DNA from: Prosthecobacter sp.
Lineage (GTDB): Bacteria > Verrucomicrobiota > Verrucomicrobiia > Verrucomicrobiales > Verrucomicrobiaceae
Length of the DNA stretch: 64,000 nt
Reading direction: 5' to 3'
Assembly (NCBI GenBank): GCA_030827515.1
Contig: JAUREI010000002.1
Location: 3,053-67,052 of the forward strand
This document shows positions 27,455 through 36,012 of the stretch, one piece after another. The first letter of the stretch is position 1, and each line of letters opens with the position of its first letter. A model generated the notes under the pieces. It ran no database searches. It worked only from the letters and a program-made list of their open reading frames with translations, and was not told the origin of the DNA. A program made the position numbers and the translations under genes.

Positions 27455-27581
27455 GCGTCAATTCGGTTTTTTTGCCGTTTTTATATGGTTTTAATCCCTT
27501 CATTTTATTAAGATTAGTTAATCAAATGACTGATTTTGCAGATGCATGCTTGGGCTTCCCGGCTTTGTTGCGGGTCCTACC

Positions 27582-28286
27582 ATGAAATTGTTTTCTCTCT
27601 CCGCCCTCTTGGCCGCCGTCAGTCTCGCCGCCTGCAAGCCCGCCGCTCCCTCCCCGTCCGCCGGCACGGATGACGGCTGGCAGACCTGGTTCGCTGATGG
27701 AATTGGCGATGCGCAGATCGCCAGCGGCACCGCCACCTACAAGGCGGAGAATGGCGTCCTCACCGGAACCACTGTGGACGGCAGCCCGAACACCTTCCTC
27801 ATCAAGGGGCCCTTCAAGGACTTCGAACTGCAGTTTGAGGTCAAGGTGGACGATGAACTCAATTCCGGTGTGCAGGTGCGCAGCAAGCTCGCCAAGGAGG
27901 GGGATCCGGCACCCGAGGGCAGCAAGAACGGCAAGCCTCTGCCGGCCGGTCGCATCTATGGCCCCCAGTGCGAAATCGCCATCAATGGCACCGCGGGTGA
28001 TTTTTATGACGAAGCGCGCCGCGGCACCTGGTGGAGCATCCTGACCCAGACCGAAGCGGTCCGCACCGACGCAGCCAAGGCGGCCTTCAAGAAGGGTGAG
28101 TGGAACCACTATCGCATCGTCGTCCAGGGCGACCACTACCAGAGCTTCGTCAACGGCGTGGCCACTGCCGACTTCAAGCAGCCGGGGGATCCGGAAGGCT
28201 ACATTGGCTTCCAGGTGCACGGCATCAAGAAGGGCAGCGGCCCCTTCCAGGTGCAGTGGCGTGCCGTCAAATTCAAGTCGCTCTGA
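27582..28286 (+). CDS. DUF1080 (3-keto-disaccharide hydrolase-like) secreted lipoprotein
   Basis: Lipobox SLAAC. NTFLI.GPFKDFELQFEVK, LNSGVQVRS, YGPQCEI, GEWNHYRI, GYIGFQVHG. Confidence 0.9.
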   Translation: MKLFSLSALLAAVSLAACKPAAPSPSAGTDDGWQTWFADGIGDAQIASGTATYKAENGVLTGTTVDGSPNTFLIKGPFKDFELQFEVKVDDELNSGVQVRSKLAKEGDPAPEGSKNGKPLPAGRIYGPQCEIAINGTAGDFYDEARRGTWWSILTQTEAVRTDAAKAAFKKGEWNHYRIVVQGDHYQSFVNGVATADFKQPGDPEGYIGFQVHGIKKGSGPFQVQWRAVKFKSL

Positions 28287-28311
28287 CGCCAACCTGGGCT
28301 TGAGGAACTCG

Positions 28312-28346
28312 GCGGCTGCGGATTTGCTTCCGCAGCCGCTTTTTTT
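28312..28346 (+). terminator. Intrinsic terminator
   Basis: GCGGCTGCGGA-TTTGCT-TCCGCAGCCGC followed by T7. Confidence 0.9.
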
Positions 28347-28361
28347 GTGCATCATGCGGTC

Positions 28362-28748
28362 ATGGCCGACCTGATGGATCTTGCCCGCGCTGCTGCCGAG
28401 AAGGCTTATGCCCCGTATTCCGGCTTCAGGGTGGGCTGTGCTCTGGAAACTGCCGCCGGTGGCCGCTTCACCGGGGTCAATGTCGAGAACGCCAGCTACG
28501 GTTTGACCCTCTGTGCCGAGCGCAGTGCCGTTTGCCAGGCGGTGTCGGCCGAGGGGCCGGGCCTGCGCATTGCCCGGGTGGCCGTCATCTGTCTCGGCCA
28601 CGAATTCCCGCCCTGCGGTGCCTGTCGCCAAATGCTTGCCGAGTTCGCCCTGACTGGTGGTGCCACGGAAGTGACCTTTCTCAAGGATGGGCGACTCGTG
28701 ATGCGCACGCTGGCGGAGTTGCTCCCGGAGGCCTTTCAGCTGGCCTGA
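28362..28748 (+). CDS. cdd: Cytidine deaminase (homotetrameric type)
   Basis: AYAPYSGFRVG, GVNVENASYGLTLCAERSA, PCGACRQ, ELLPEAF. Confidence 0.95.
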   Translation: MADLMDLARAAAEKAYAPYSGFRVGCALETAAGGRFTGVNVENASYGLTLCAERSAVCQAVSAEGPGLRIARVAVICLGHEFPPCGACRQMLAEFALTGGATEVTFLKDGRLVMRTLAELLPEAFQLA

Positions 28749-28772
28749 AGTCGCGCAAACCCGTGTTTTGAG

Positions 28773-28802
28773 TTGCCCGGTGCCGGCGGGTTCTGGTAAA
28801 TT
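28773..28802 (+). promoter_or_regulatory. Candidate extended -10 promoter
   Basis: TTGCCC-18-TAAATT preceded by TGG; ATG at 28824. Confidence 0.45.
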
Positions 28803-28823
28803 CCTCGTCCCCTGCATTTTCAC

Positions 28824-29741
28824 ATGTCCCGAGTCCCTACCACCTCTCTGCTCCTCCTGCTGGCGGCCTGGGGGCCGTCCGCCCTGGCGCAGTCGGTGCC
28901 CAAGGTCTCCACCACCGCCAGCGTGGCCGCCTTTCAGGGGCGTGCCGGTTCGCCCGGGTCCGCCCTGCCGCCGGTGGCGGTGCCGCGGGTGAATTCACCG
29001 ACGGTGCCCCGGCTCGGCTATGCCCGCTATCCGTGGAAGACCGACATCACGGCAACGGTGTTCTGGATCGGTGAGCAGCCGACGGAAAAGAATCCGACGC
29101 CCAACCACCAGAGTTCATGGGACACGGCCTGGATGCAGAACTTTGGCGGCTTTGATGATCCCGATCCGGCGAAGCGCACGGCCAATTTCTGCCCGCCCGG
29201 TTTTACCCCTGGTTTGAATCCCTTCTACGTGGCCTTGCCCTACAACGACTGCGTCGATCACCGCAGCCACAAGCCCGAGGCGGCACAGGTGATTCCCTGG
29301 TTCCAGAAGCGCTACTCGCGCCCCGGCAAATCGGTGCTCAAGGGCACCTGGGTCGCCATCCGCTTTGGCAACCGCGTTTGTTATGCCCAGTGGGAGGATT
29401 GCGGGCCCTTCGTCACGGATGATCATGCCTATGTCTTCGGCAGTGCCCGGCCGAAAAATCCCAACAACGGCGGCGCCGGGATCGACGTTTCCCCCGCCGT
29501 GCGCGACTATCTCGGCATGGCCGGTAAGGCGAAGTGCGACTGGCGCTTTGTCGACTTCGACGAGGTTCCGCCCGGACCCTGGCGCAGTATGGGCATGAAC
29601 AATCCCTTTGTGCGGCCGCAGGACGATTCCACGCCGCAGTCCTCCGGCGGCACGGGTCTGGCCTCGCGACTCGAGGAATTGCGCCGCCAGCGCGACTCCT
29701 ATTTCCGTCAAAACGGCAACGGCGACTACCGCCAGCGCTGA
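28824..29741 (+). CDS. Secreted hypothetical protein with RlpA/double-psi-beta-barrel-like C-terminal motifs
   Basis: Signal peptide ending PSALA. Core YPWKTDITATVFWIGE...NPFYVALPYND...WVAIR...VCYAQWEDCGPF...AGIDVSPAVRDYLG. Confidence 0.7.
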   Translation: MSRVPTTSLLLLLAAWGPSALAQSVPKVSTTASVAAFQGRAGSPGSALPPVAVPRVNSPTVPRLGYARYPWKTDITATVFWIGEQPTEKNPTPNHQSSWDTAWMQNFGGFDDPDPAKRTANFCPPGFTPGLNPFYVALPYNDCVDHRSHKPEAAQVIPWFQKRYSRPGKSVLKGTWVAIRFGNRVCYAQWEDCGPFVTDDHAYVFGSARPKNPNNGGAGIDVSPAVRDYLGMAGKAKCDWRFVDFDEVPPGPWRSMGMNNPFVRPQDDSTPQSSGGTGLASRLEELRRQRDSYFRQNGNGDYRQR

Positions 29742-29799
29742 ATCCTGAGGGGCAGGCCTGCCTTGACGGGACTGCCGCCCGCAGACATCCGTGCCGACG

Positions 29800-30582
29800 A
29801 TGTCCCGTCCGCCCACATTCCTTCTCTCCTTCGACTTCGACGGCACGCTCGTGCATCCCGAGTCGGATCCCGTCTTCCACCCCGAGTTGGGACGGATGAT
29901 CCGTCAGTTGCGCGAGCAGGGAGCGGGCTGGGTCATCAACACCGGACGAAGCCTGCCACAGACCCTGCAGGGCATCGCCCAGTACGGCCTGTTCATGGAA
30001 CCGGACTTCATCATTGCCCGTGAATGCGACATCCATCGCCCGGGTCTGTTTGGCGGCTGGAAGGACTCTGGGGCGTGGAATCGCCAGGCACGCCGTGCCC
30101 ACGAGCGCTTTGTCCGCGACCACCGCGCCTCACTCGACCTCATCCGTCGCTGGGTCGAAAGCGAAACGGATGCGCAGTTTCTCTCCGGGGATTACGGCGA
30201 GCTGGGCATCGTTGCCACGAGTGTGCCGGAGATGGACCGCATCACCGTTTTCATTGAAGGCCATTCCGCCGAGTTCCCCGACATCGGCTTCCATCGCAAC
30301 GGCATCTACCTGCGCTTTTCCCACCGCGCCTACAGCAAGGGCACGGCCCTTGCCGAATTGGCCCGGCAACTCGGTCTGGACGCCTCCCACTGCTTTGCCG
30401 CGGGCGACAACCACAACGACCTCTCCATGCTGGATCTCCGTCGTGCGCATCGGTTGGCGGCCCCCGGCAACGCCCTTGACCCGGTCAAGGCGCACGTGCG
30501 TGGTCATGGCGGCTTCGTCGCCGACAGGCCCGCAAGCGAGGGAATGATTCAGGCCCTGCACCATTACTTCGGCGGCGCCTGA
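29800..30582 (+). CDS. HAD-superfamily hydrolase, subfamily IIB (Cof-like)
   Basis: SFDFDGTL, INTGRS, SKGTAL, AAGDNHNDLSML. Confidence 0.9.
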   Translation: MSRPPTFLLSFDFDGTLVHPESDPVFHPELGRMIRQLREQGAGWVINTGRSLPQTLQGIAQYGLFMEPDFIIARECDIHRPGLFGGWKDSGAWNRQARRAHERFVRDHRASLDLIRRWVESETDAQFLSGDYGELGIVATSVPEMDRITVFIEGHSAEFPDIGFHRNGIYLRFSHRAYSKGTALAELARQLGLDASHCFAAGDNHNDLSMLDLRRAHRLAAPGNALDPVKAHVRGHGGFVADRPASEGMIQALHHYFGGA

Positions 30583-30638
30583 GGGGGCGCAAGCCTGCGC
30601 ATGGATGACAAGCAGAGGAAGAGCCGCTGTCGCAGACC

Positions 30639-31109
30639 TTACCAGAGCAGGGTTTCCCGCTCCATCAGCGAACCCCGCGGGTGGCCATTGGGGCCGGGGG
30701 TGGCGGCCAGCAGGTTGCGCACGGCCAGGCGAACCATTTCGGCATTGTCGGCGGGCATCAGGGAGGCCGGCTGATCGCTGCGGCTCCGGGCCATCACGTC
30801 GCCCCCGGCGGTCCTCACCTCAAGAACGAGTTTGCCAATCCGGTCACTGCGTCCGGGCAAACCCTCATGGCGGTAGCCGAGCTGGGAGTCGCTTTCACCC
30901 GGTTTGCCATCGCTGCGGCAGCTGACCCCCTGGGCGTTCATCTCGGCGCAGATGAGGTCGGCCAGGCCAAGGTTGTCGCCAGCGACCGTCGCGATGTGGA
31001 AACTCGTGCAGCCGGAGAGGTCACGCGCGTGATGCACCGGCGCCTCGAGGGTGCGGCAGCTTGTCAGCGCTGTGAGCAGCATGAGACCGAGGAAGGCGGC
31101 GACTTTCAT
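30639..31109 (-). CDS. Hypothetical lipoprotein
   Basis: MKVAAFLGLMLLTALTSC lipobox, 156 aa. Lies within the longer track ORF 30639-31619. Confidence 0.7.
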   Translation of the reverse strand: MKVAAFLGLMLLTALTSCRTLEAPVHHARDLSGCTSFHIATVAGDNLGLADLICAEMNAQGVSCRSDGKPGESDSQLGYRHEGLPGRSDRIGKLVLEVRTAGGDVMARSRSDQPASLMPADNAEMVRLAVRNLLAATPGPNGHPRGSLMERETLLW

Positions 31110-31192
31110 GAGGGCTTCGTACACTCGGGCCGGCTGGGGTGCAAGGGCAAGCGGACTTTGACAAGGAGGGTCGTCCGCGCTCGTGTGCCGGC

Positions 31193-31504
31193 ATGGATGA
31201 CCTGGTCGCCCGGATGCGTGCGGATCTCGAGGAGATCGGCCGCACTCGCATGCCTTTTGGCAAATACGGACCTGCGGCGCACCCGCCTGAAGGCCTGCCC
31301 ATTTACGACCTGCCGGCCGAATACCTCGGCTGGTTCGCCGGCAAGGCCGGATTTCCCAAGGGCCGGCTCGGAGAGTTGCTGCGCATGGTCCACCAGATGA
31401 AGGCCGATGGTTCCGATGCGGTCTTCGACGTCCTGCGCCGTCGCAACGGCGGACGCAGTGTCCTGCGTCCGCCGCGCCAGCGCCGTTTTGACGTCGATGG
31501 ATAG
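31193..31504 (+). CDS. DUF3820 family protein
   Basis: MPFGKYG...DLPAEYLGWF..KAGFPKGRLGELL. Confidence 0.85.
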   Translation: MDDLVARMRADLEEIGRTRMPFGKYGPAAHPPEGLPIYDLPAEYLGWFAGKAGFPKGRLGELLRMVHQMKADGSDAVFDVLRRRNGGRSVLRPPRQRRFDVDG

Positions 31505-31541
31505 TGCCGGGGGTTCCGCATCGTTTTGAAGGGGCACCGCC

Positions 31542-32648
31542 ATGAAACCGCTTCTCACCCTTCTCGCCGGCGTCAGCCTGCTCACTTCGGTTTTCGCAGC
31601 CCCCTTGCAGGACGCCCAAAAGGGAGGTCTTGTCCTCAAGAATGTCAGCGCCCTTGGCTTTGGCCCGGAGGGCCTGCTGCTGGTGGCTGACTCGGGTCAG
31701 TCTGCCATCCTCGCCATTGAAACGGGGGACACCGGACCGTTCCTCAAGCTCGCCGCACCGGTGGCCGATCTGGGGTCAGTGGTTGCCGGCGGTCTGGGAA
31801 CCACGGCGGACCAACTCACCTTCATTGACTTGGCGGTGAATCCCGCCAGCGGCAAAATCTATCTGGCGGTCCAGCGCCGACCCGACAACGCCACTCTGGT
31901 GCTGACGATCGATGCCGCCGGTCGTGTTCTGCCCCTCGACACCGCCCGTGCGACCTGGGCTGCGGTCACCCTGCCGGGCGGCACGGCAAGCAAGGTCACC
32001 CGCATCACCGATGTCGCCTTCGATGGCGACCGCATTTTTGCCACCGGTTCGGCCAATGAGGAGTTCGCCAGTCGCATCTTCACCCTCCCGGTGCCGGTGC
32101 GTCATGGCGCCAGCGCCGCAGTGTTCAGTGCCGAGACCTACCACGTCGCCCACCGCAAGTGGGAGACCAAGGCCCCCATCCAGAGCTTCATTCCGTACCA
32201 CGCCAAGGATGGCCGCTATGTCGTCGGCGCCTTCGCCTGCACGCCGGTGGCACGGTTTCGTGTCGATGACATCGACAGCGGTGCCAAGGTCAAGGGGGTC
32301 AGCATGGTCGAACTCGGCAGCGGCAACCGGCCGCTGGATCTGTTCGAATACACTGACGCCAGCGGCAAGGAGTGGCTGGTCGTGCACACCCAGCGTTTCA
32401 AGGACAACCTCTTTGGTCCCAGCAAGTTTTGGGGTGCGCGCGTGAGCATGGACTACGTCAATGCTGTCGAGGACGTGAACGAGAAAGCCGTCTGGCGCGA
32501 CGTGAAGGAAAACAAGGGACCCGAAGGCATTGAGATTCTCGACGCCTTGTTTGGGGCCGTTCAGGTGGACCGCCTCGGCGAGCGCGAGATGGTCGTGCTT
32601 CGCGAGCAGGACGGCCGATTCAGCCTGGAAGTGGCCGCACTGCCCTGA
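31542..32648 (+). CDS. Secreted hypothetical protein, probable beta-propeller
   Basis: Signal peptide ending SVFA. Blade-like repeats LGFGPEGLLLVADS, LAVNPASGKIYLAV, VAFDGDRIFATG. Confidence 0.75.
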   Translation: MKPLLTLLAGVSLLTSVFAAPLQDAQKGGLVLKNVSALGFGPEGLLLVADSGQSAILAIETGDTGPFLKLAAPVADLGSVVAGGLGTTADQLTFIDLAVNPASGKIYLAVQRRPDNATLVLTIDAAGRVLPLDTARATWAAVTLPGGTASKVTRITDVAFDGDRIFATGSANEEFASRIFTLPVPVRHGASAAVFSAETYHVAHRKWETKAPIQSFIPYHAKDGRYVVGAFACTPVARFRVDDIDSGAKVKGVSMVELGSGNRPLDLFEYTDASGKEWLVVHTQRFKDNLFGPSKFWGARVSMDYVNAVEDVNEKAVWRDVKENKGPEGIEILDALFGAVQVDRLGEREMVVLREQDGRFSLEVAALP

Positions 32649-32670
32649 AGCCGCTTCAGTGGTCCTCCCG

Positions 32671-33738
32671 ATGTTCCTGTCACGCACAGAGGCCTGGCTG
32701 GGAGCGGCGTGCCGGCTCGGCGCGGGGCTCGGGTTGCTGGCCTGCAGTGGCGAACCCCTGGGGGCGACTGAAGCGGTGACGCGGGTCGCGGTGAGCGAAG
32801 CGGGCGACCGCGTGGTCATCGAGGGCGATGGTGAATTCATCCTGCGTCGCGCCGAGGGTGGTGCGCCGCTGCTTGGGCTCTGGGAGCGTGAGGCAGGGTG
32901 TGTGATTTTCCTGCCCGCCCTGCCGCTGCCGGCCGGGCAGCGGTTTGCCCTGGGATGGAAGGGTGCTGATGGCGACCTGCGCCAACTCGAGTTCCAGACC
33001 GCCAATGCGACGGGAAAGATGCCTACCGTGGAGCTGCGTCCGGCCGGCATCATGCTTCCGGCCAATGCGCTGAAGCTTTACCTGCACTTCAGCGAACCCA
33101 TGGAGCAGGGCGTGTTCCTCGATCGTCTGAGACTCTTCGAAACGGATGGCCGGGAGGTGGTCGGTCCCTTTCGGGAAACGGAACTGTGGTCGCCCGACGG
33201 TCGTCGACTGACCGTGTGGTTTCATCCAGGGCGGCAGAAAACGGGGGTCAACTTGAACCTCGAGGAGGGGCCGGTGCTGCGTGATGGAACCCGCTACCGG
33301 TTGGTGGTTTCCGGCACCTGGCGCACGACGGCAGGGATCGCGCTCGGAGCCGACCGCCGTTTCGAATGGGGGGTGGGGCCGGCGGATCATGCCATGCCGC
33401 TGTTGGAGGATTTTCGACTTGCCCCCCCCGTCGCAGGCAGCCGAGACCCACTGGTGGTGTCCACAATCCATCCCCTTGATCCTGGGGTTCTTGTGGATGC
33501 GTTGCGAGTCAGTCGGGCCGGGCGGGTTGTCGCCGGACATGCCAGGGTTGCGGCTGACGGCTGCAGTTGGCGTTTTGTCCCCGATTCAGCCTGGTTGGCC
33601 GGCGAACATCAATTGCAGGTTGATCCACATCTGGAAGACTTGGCTGGCAATTCGCTGACCCAACCCTTCGAGGTGGATGTGGAGAAACGGCAGACGCAGC
33701 GGATGCTTCCGCTTTCGCAGAACTTTACTGTCAGGTGA
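32671..33738 (+). CDS. Hypothetical lipoprotein with C-terminal Ig-like (SbsA/Big-type) region
   Basis: Lipobox-like GLLAC. LPANALKLYLHFSEPM, ELWSPDGRRLTVWFHPGRQKTG, and the Ig-like end LQVDPHLEDLAGNSL. Confidence 0.72.
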   Translation: MFLSRTEAWLGAACRLGAGLGLLACSGEPLGATEAVTRVAVSEAGDRVVIEGDGEFILRRAEGGAPLLGLWEREAGCVIFLPALPLPAGQRFALGWKGADGDLRQLEFQTANATGKMPTVELRPAGIMLPANALKLYLHFSEPMEQGVFLDRLRLFETDGREVVGPFRETELWSPDGRRLTVWFHPGRQKTGVNLNLEEGPVLRDGTRYRLVVSGTWRTTAGIALGADRRFEWGVGPADHAMPLLEDFRLAPPVAGSRDPLVVSTIHPLDPGVLVDALRVSRAGRVVAGHARVAADGCSWRFVPDSAWLAGEHQLQVDPHLEDLAGNSLTQPFEVDVEKRQTQRMLPLSQNFTVR

Positions 33739-33744
33739 AGGTCA

Positions 33745-35919
33745 TCACGGATTTGCGGGTTCATACGACAGCACCACGGCCTCGTTCTGCGTCCATTCGC
33801 AGCGAAAATCGGTGCCGTCGCCGAGCTCGCGGCCGGTGCGTTCGTCGCGCACCCTGTGAACGGGGTGCGCGAAGCGCAGGGTCACGGGCAGCCTGGCGGT
33901 CTTCAAGCCGACGGAGTTGCCGCCGCCGAGCGAGGTGCCGCGGATCTCCGGGTTGAGGCAGAGGAAGAGCAGTTCGCGGCCCGAGGGCAGGCGCCAGCGG
34001 GTGATCTCGTGGCCGTGCTCCGCCTCGCCGGCGCCAGCCGGGCGGACCTGTGGCGCGAGGCCGGCGGCGCGGACCGGACGCAGGAAGGTCTCGCCCTGGC
34101 GCGCCGCGGCCGCGCCCTCGACGCGCCAAGCGTTGTACCACTGCGGCGACAGGTTCATGAGCACGGCGCGGCCCCGGCCGTGGGCACGCTCCTGAACGGC
34201 GGGCATGCCGCGCACGGCGAGGTGGAAGCCGCTTTCATGCTTGAGGCAGGTGTTGCCCTTGCTGAGGAATTCCTCGTAGCTCTTCCACGAATAGTTGGCG
34301 TCCTGATCGACCTCGACCCAGAGCTTTTCGCCAAAGACATCGCTGGCCCTCAGCCCGGGGTCGTGGCGAACGCCGAAGAGGTCGTCGAGCACGCCACCCT
34401 CGCGCCGGCCGCGGCCGTGTTGGTCCCAGACGCCGGGCAGGTAGTCGGCCAACAGCGTGCCGCCGCGCTCGACAAAGGCGCGCAGGGCGCGCGCCTCCGC
34501 GTCCGAGAGGCAGAGGCAGGCGGGCAGGATGAGCACGCGATACTCCTCCGGCACCCCGCGCTGAATGACGTCGACGTAGCTGAGGAAGTTGTATTGCAGG
34601 CCCGCGTCGCGAAGCAGGTTTTCCCAGGCGCGGCGAACGTGATTGGCGCTGGCGAGGCGCTCGTCGGCATTGCGGTTTCCCCAGGTTTTGCCGTGGGCCT
34701 CGGCATCAAGGATCCAGCCGAGCTGGATGCTGGGGTGGCTGTAGTAAAGGGCAACCCCGTCGTGCTGCCACGTGGCGCCGCGCATGAGCGGGCCGATTTT
34801 CTCCGCCGCCTCGCGGTATGCCGGTGCGACCTGGGCGTGCCAGTCCTTCGGGGTGGCTCCATCGAACCAGTCCTGCACCCAGCCGATGAAACCGCGGTTG
34901 CCGTGGGCGAGGTAGTACCAGGTCTGCCAGATGCTGTCGGCGACGCTTTTGTGGAAGTGGGTGGTGACCGCCGGCAGGGCATTGCCGGGATTGAAGGAGC
35001 GGATGATCGCCTGCGAGGAACCGAGGTTGTAGCTCTCAATGAACTGCACCTTGCGCATCAGCTTGGCGTAGTCGTAGCCGCCGAAGGCATTGGGCGACTG
35101 CCCGCCGACGATGCCGCAGGGGGTGTCGGGATCGAGCGAGTTGGTGAACTCGACCAGACCGCCGAGGAAGTTGCACCAATGCGAGTCGTTGAAGCTCCAC
35201 TGATCCAGGAGAAAGCTGGCGTCGAACTCTGCGATGCTCCAGTCCTTCAGCCTGCCGCGCAGGTCCTCGTAGGTGTGCCACCGGTCGCGTTTCGGCGCCT
35301 GATCGGCGCCGTAGACCGACTCCAGCCAGCGCGGGTAGGCATTCTCATCGTCGGTCACCCGCCACATCGTCGGATGCACAAAGTGCCCCCAGGAAACCTC
35401 GTCGTCGAAGGCGTAGGCGGCGCGCAGCGGCGAGGTCTGGACCCTGGCCACGCGCGGTCGGATGAACTGTTCGCGCAGGCGTTCGGCCGTGGCCCCGTTG
35501 AGCGGCACGAGGCGGATGCCGTTGCCGTGCAGGGCGTCGAGGTGGGCTTGCTCCCTGCCGCCTCCGAACAGGTGCAGGGTGCCCTTTCCGGCGAGGTGAT
35601 CGACATAGAAACGCAGGTCGTGGCGCTCGATCCAGTCGAGCCGACCCGTCTTCGTGCCGCCCGGCAGGGAGGGTTCGCCATGGTCGATGAAGGCGCCGTT
35701 GTAGCCCTGCTCGCGACTCCAGCGGCCGGCGGCCTCGTCGTAGCCGATCGTCCACTGGTGGGTCCAGGGCATGTAGGTCCAGGATGGCCAGGCCTTCAGC
35801 GCCCAATCCTTATCCTGGCGGACCGGCCGGAAGTCCTCGGAGGTGCGCACGTAGGTCTCGTAGGGGTCGTTGGCGAAGGCGGCGATCGCGAGCAGCATGG
35901 GCAGGAGGCGCAGGGGCAT
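33745..35919 (-). CDS. Secreted clan GH-A-like glycoside hydrolase with beta-galactosidase trimerisation-type domain
   Basis: Signal peptide MPLRLLPMLLAIAAFA. Putative acid/base AFDDEVSW and nucleophile QFIESY. The GH42-like middle domain reads VALYYS...WENLLRDAGLQYNFL...YRVLILPA...LRAFVERGGTLLAD. Confidence 0.75.
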   Translation of the reverse strand: MPLRLLPMLLAIAAFANDPYETYVRTSEDFRPVRQDKDWALKAWPSWTYMPWTHQWTIGYDEAAGRWSREQGYNGAFIDHGEPSLPGGTKTGRLDWIERHDLRFYVDHLAGKGTLHLFGGGREQAHLDALHGNGIRLVPLNGATAERLREQFIRPRVARVQTSPLRAAYAFDDEVSWGHFVHPTMWRVTDDENAYPRWLESVYGADQAPKRDRWHTYEDLRGRLKDWSIAEFDASFLLDQWSFNDSHWCNFLGGLVEFTNSLDPDTPCGIVGGQSPNAFGGYDYAKLMRKVQFIESYNLGSSQAIIRSFNPGNALPAVTTHFHKSVADSIWQTWYYLAHGNRGFIGWVQDWFDGATPKDWHAQVAPAYREAAEKIGPLMRGATWQHDGVALYYSHPSIQLGWILDAEAHGKTWGNRNADERLASANHVRRAWENLLRDAGLQYNFLSYVDVIQRGVPEEYRVLILPACLCLSDAEARALRAFVERGGTLLADYLPGVWDQHGRGRREGGVLDDLFGVRHDPGLRASDVFGEKLWVEVDQDANYSWKSYEEFLSKGNTCLKHESGFHLAVRGMPAVQERAHGRGRAVLMNLSPQWYNAWRVEGAAAARQGETFLRPVRAAGLAPQVRPAGAGEAEHGHEITRWRLPSGRELLFLCLNPEIRGTSLGGGNSVGLKTARLPVTLRFAHPVHRVRDERTGRELGDGTDFRCEWTQNEAVVLSYEPANP

Positions 35920-35972
35920 GCCGCCCATACGCACCGGCCGGCCCGGCTTTTGCCTGCAAACGTCCTCCAGGG

Positions 35973-36000
35973 TTGTCAAAGCCGCGGTGCCCCGTATTTT
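35973..36000 (+). promoter_or_regulatory. Candidate sigma70 promoter of miaB
   Basis: TTGTCA-16-TATTTT; ATG at 36013. Confidence 0.45.
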
Positions 36001-36012
36001 GCCGTCCCCTTC

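Noticed and set aside
26862-27540. Prophage or ICE remnant explanation for the small-gene pair and AT-rich stretch
   Set aside because: No integrase, tRNA target or flanking direct repeats seen, and the two ORFs have host-like GC.
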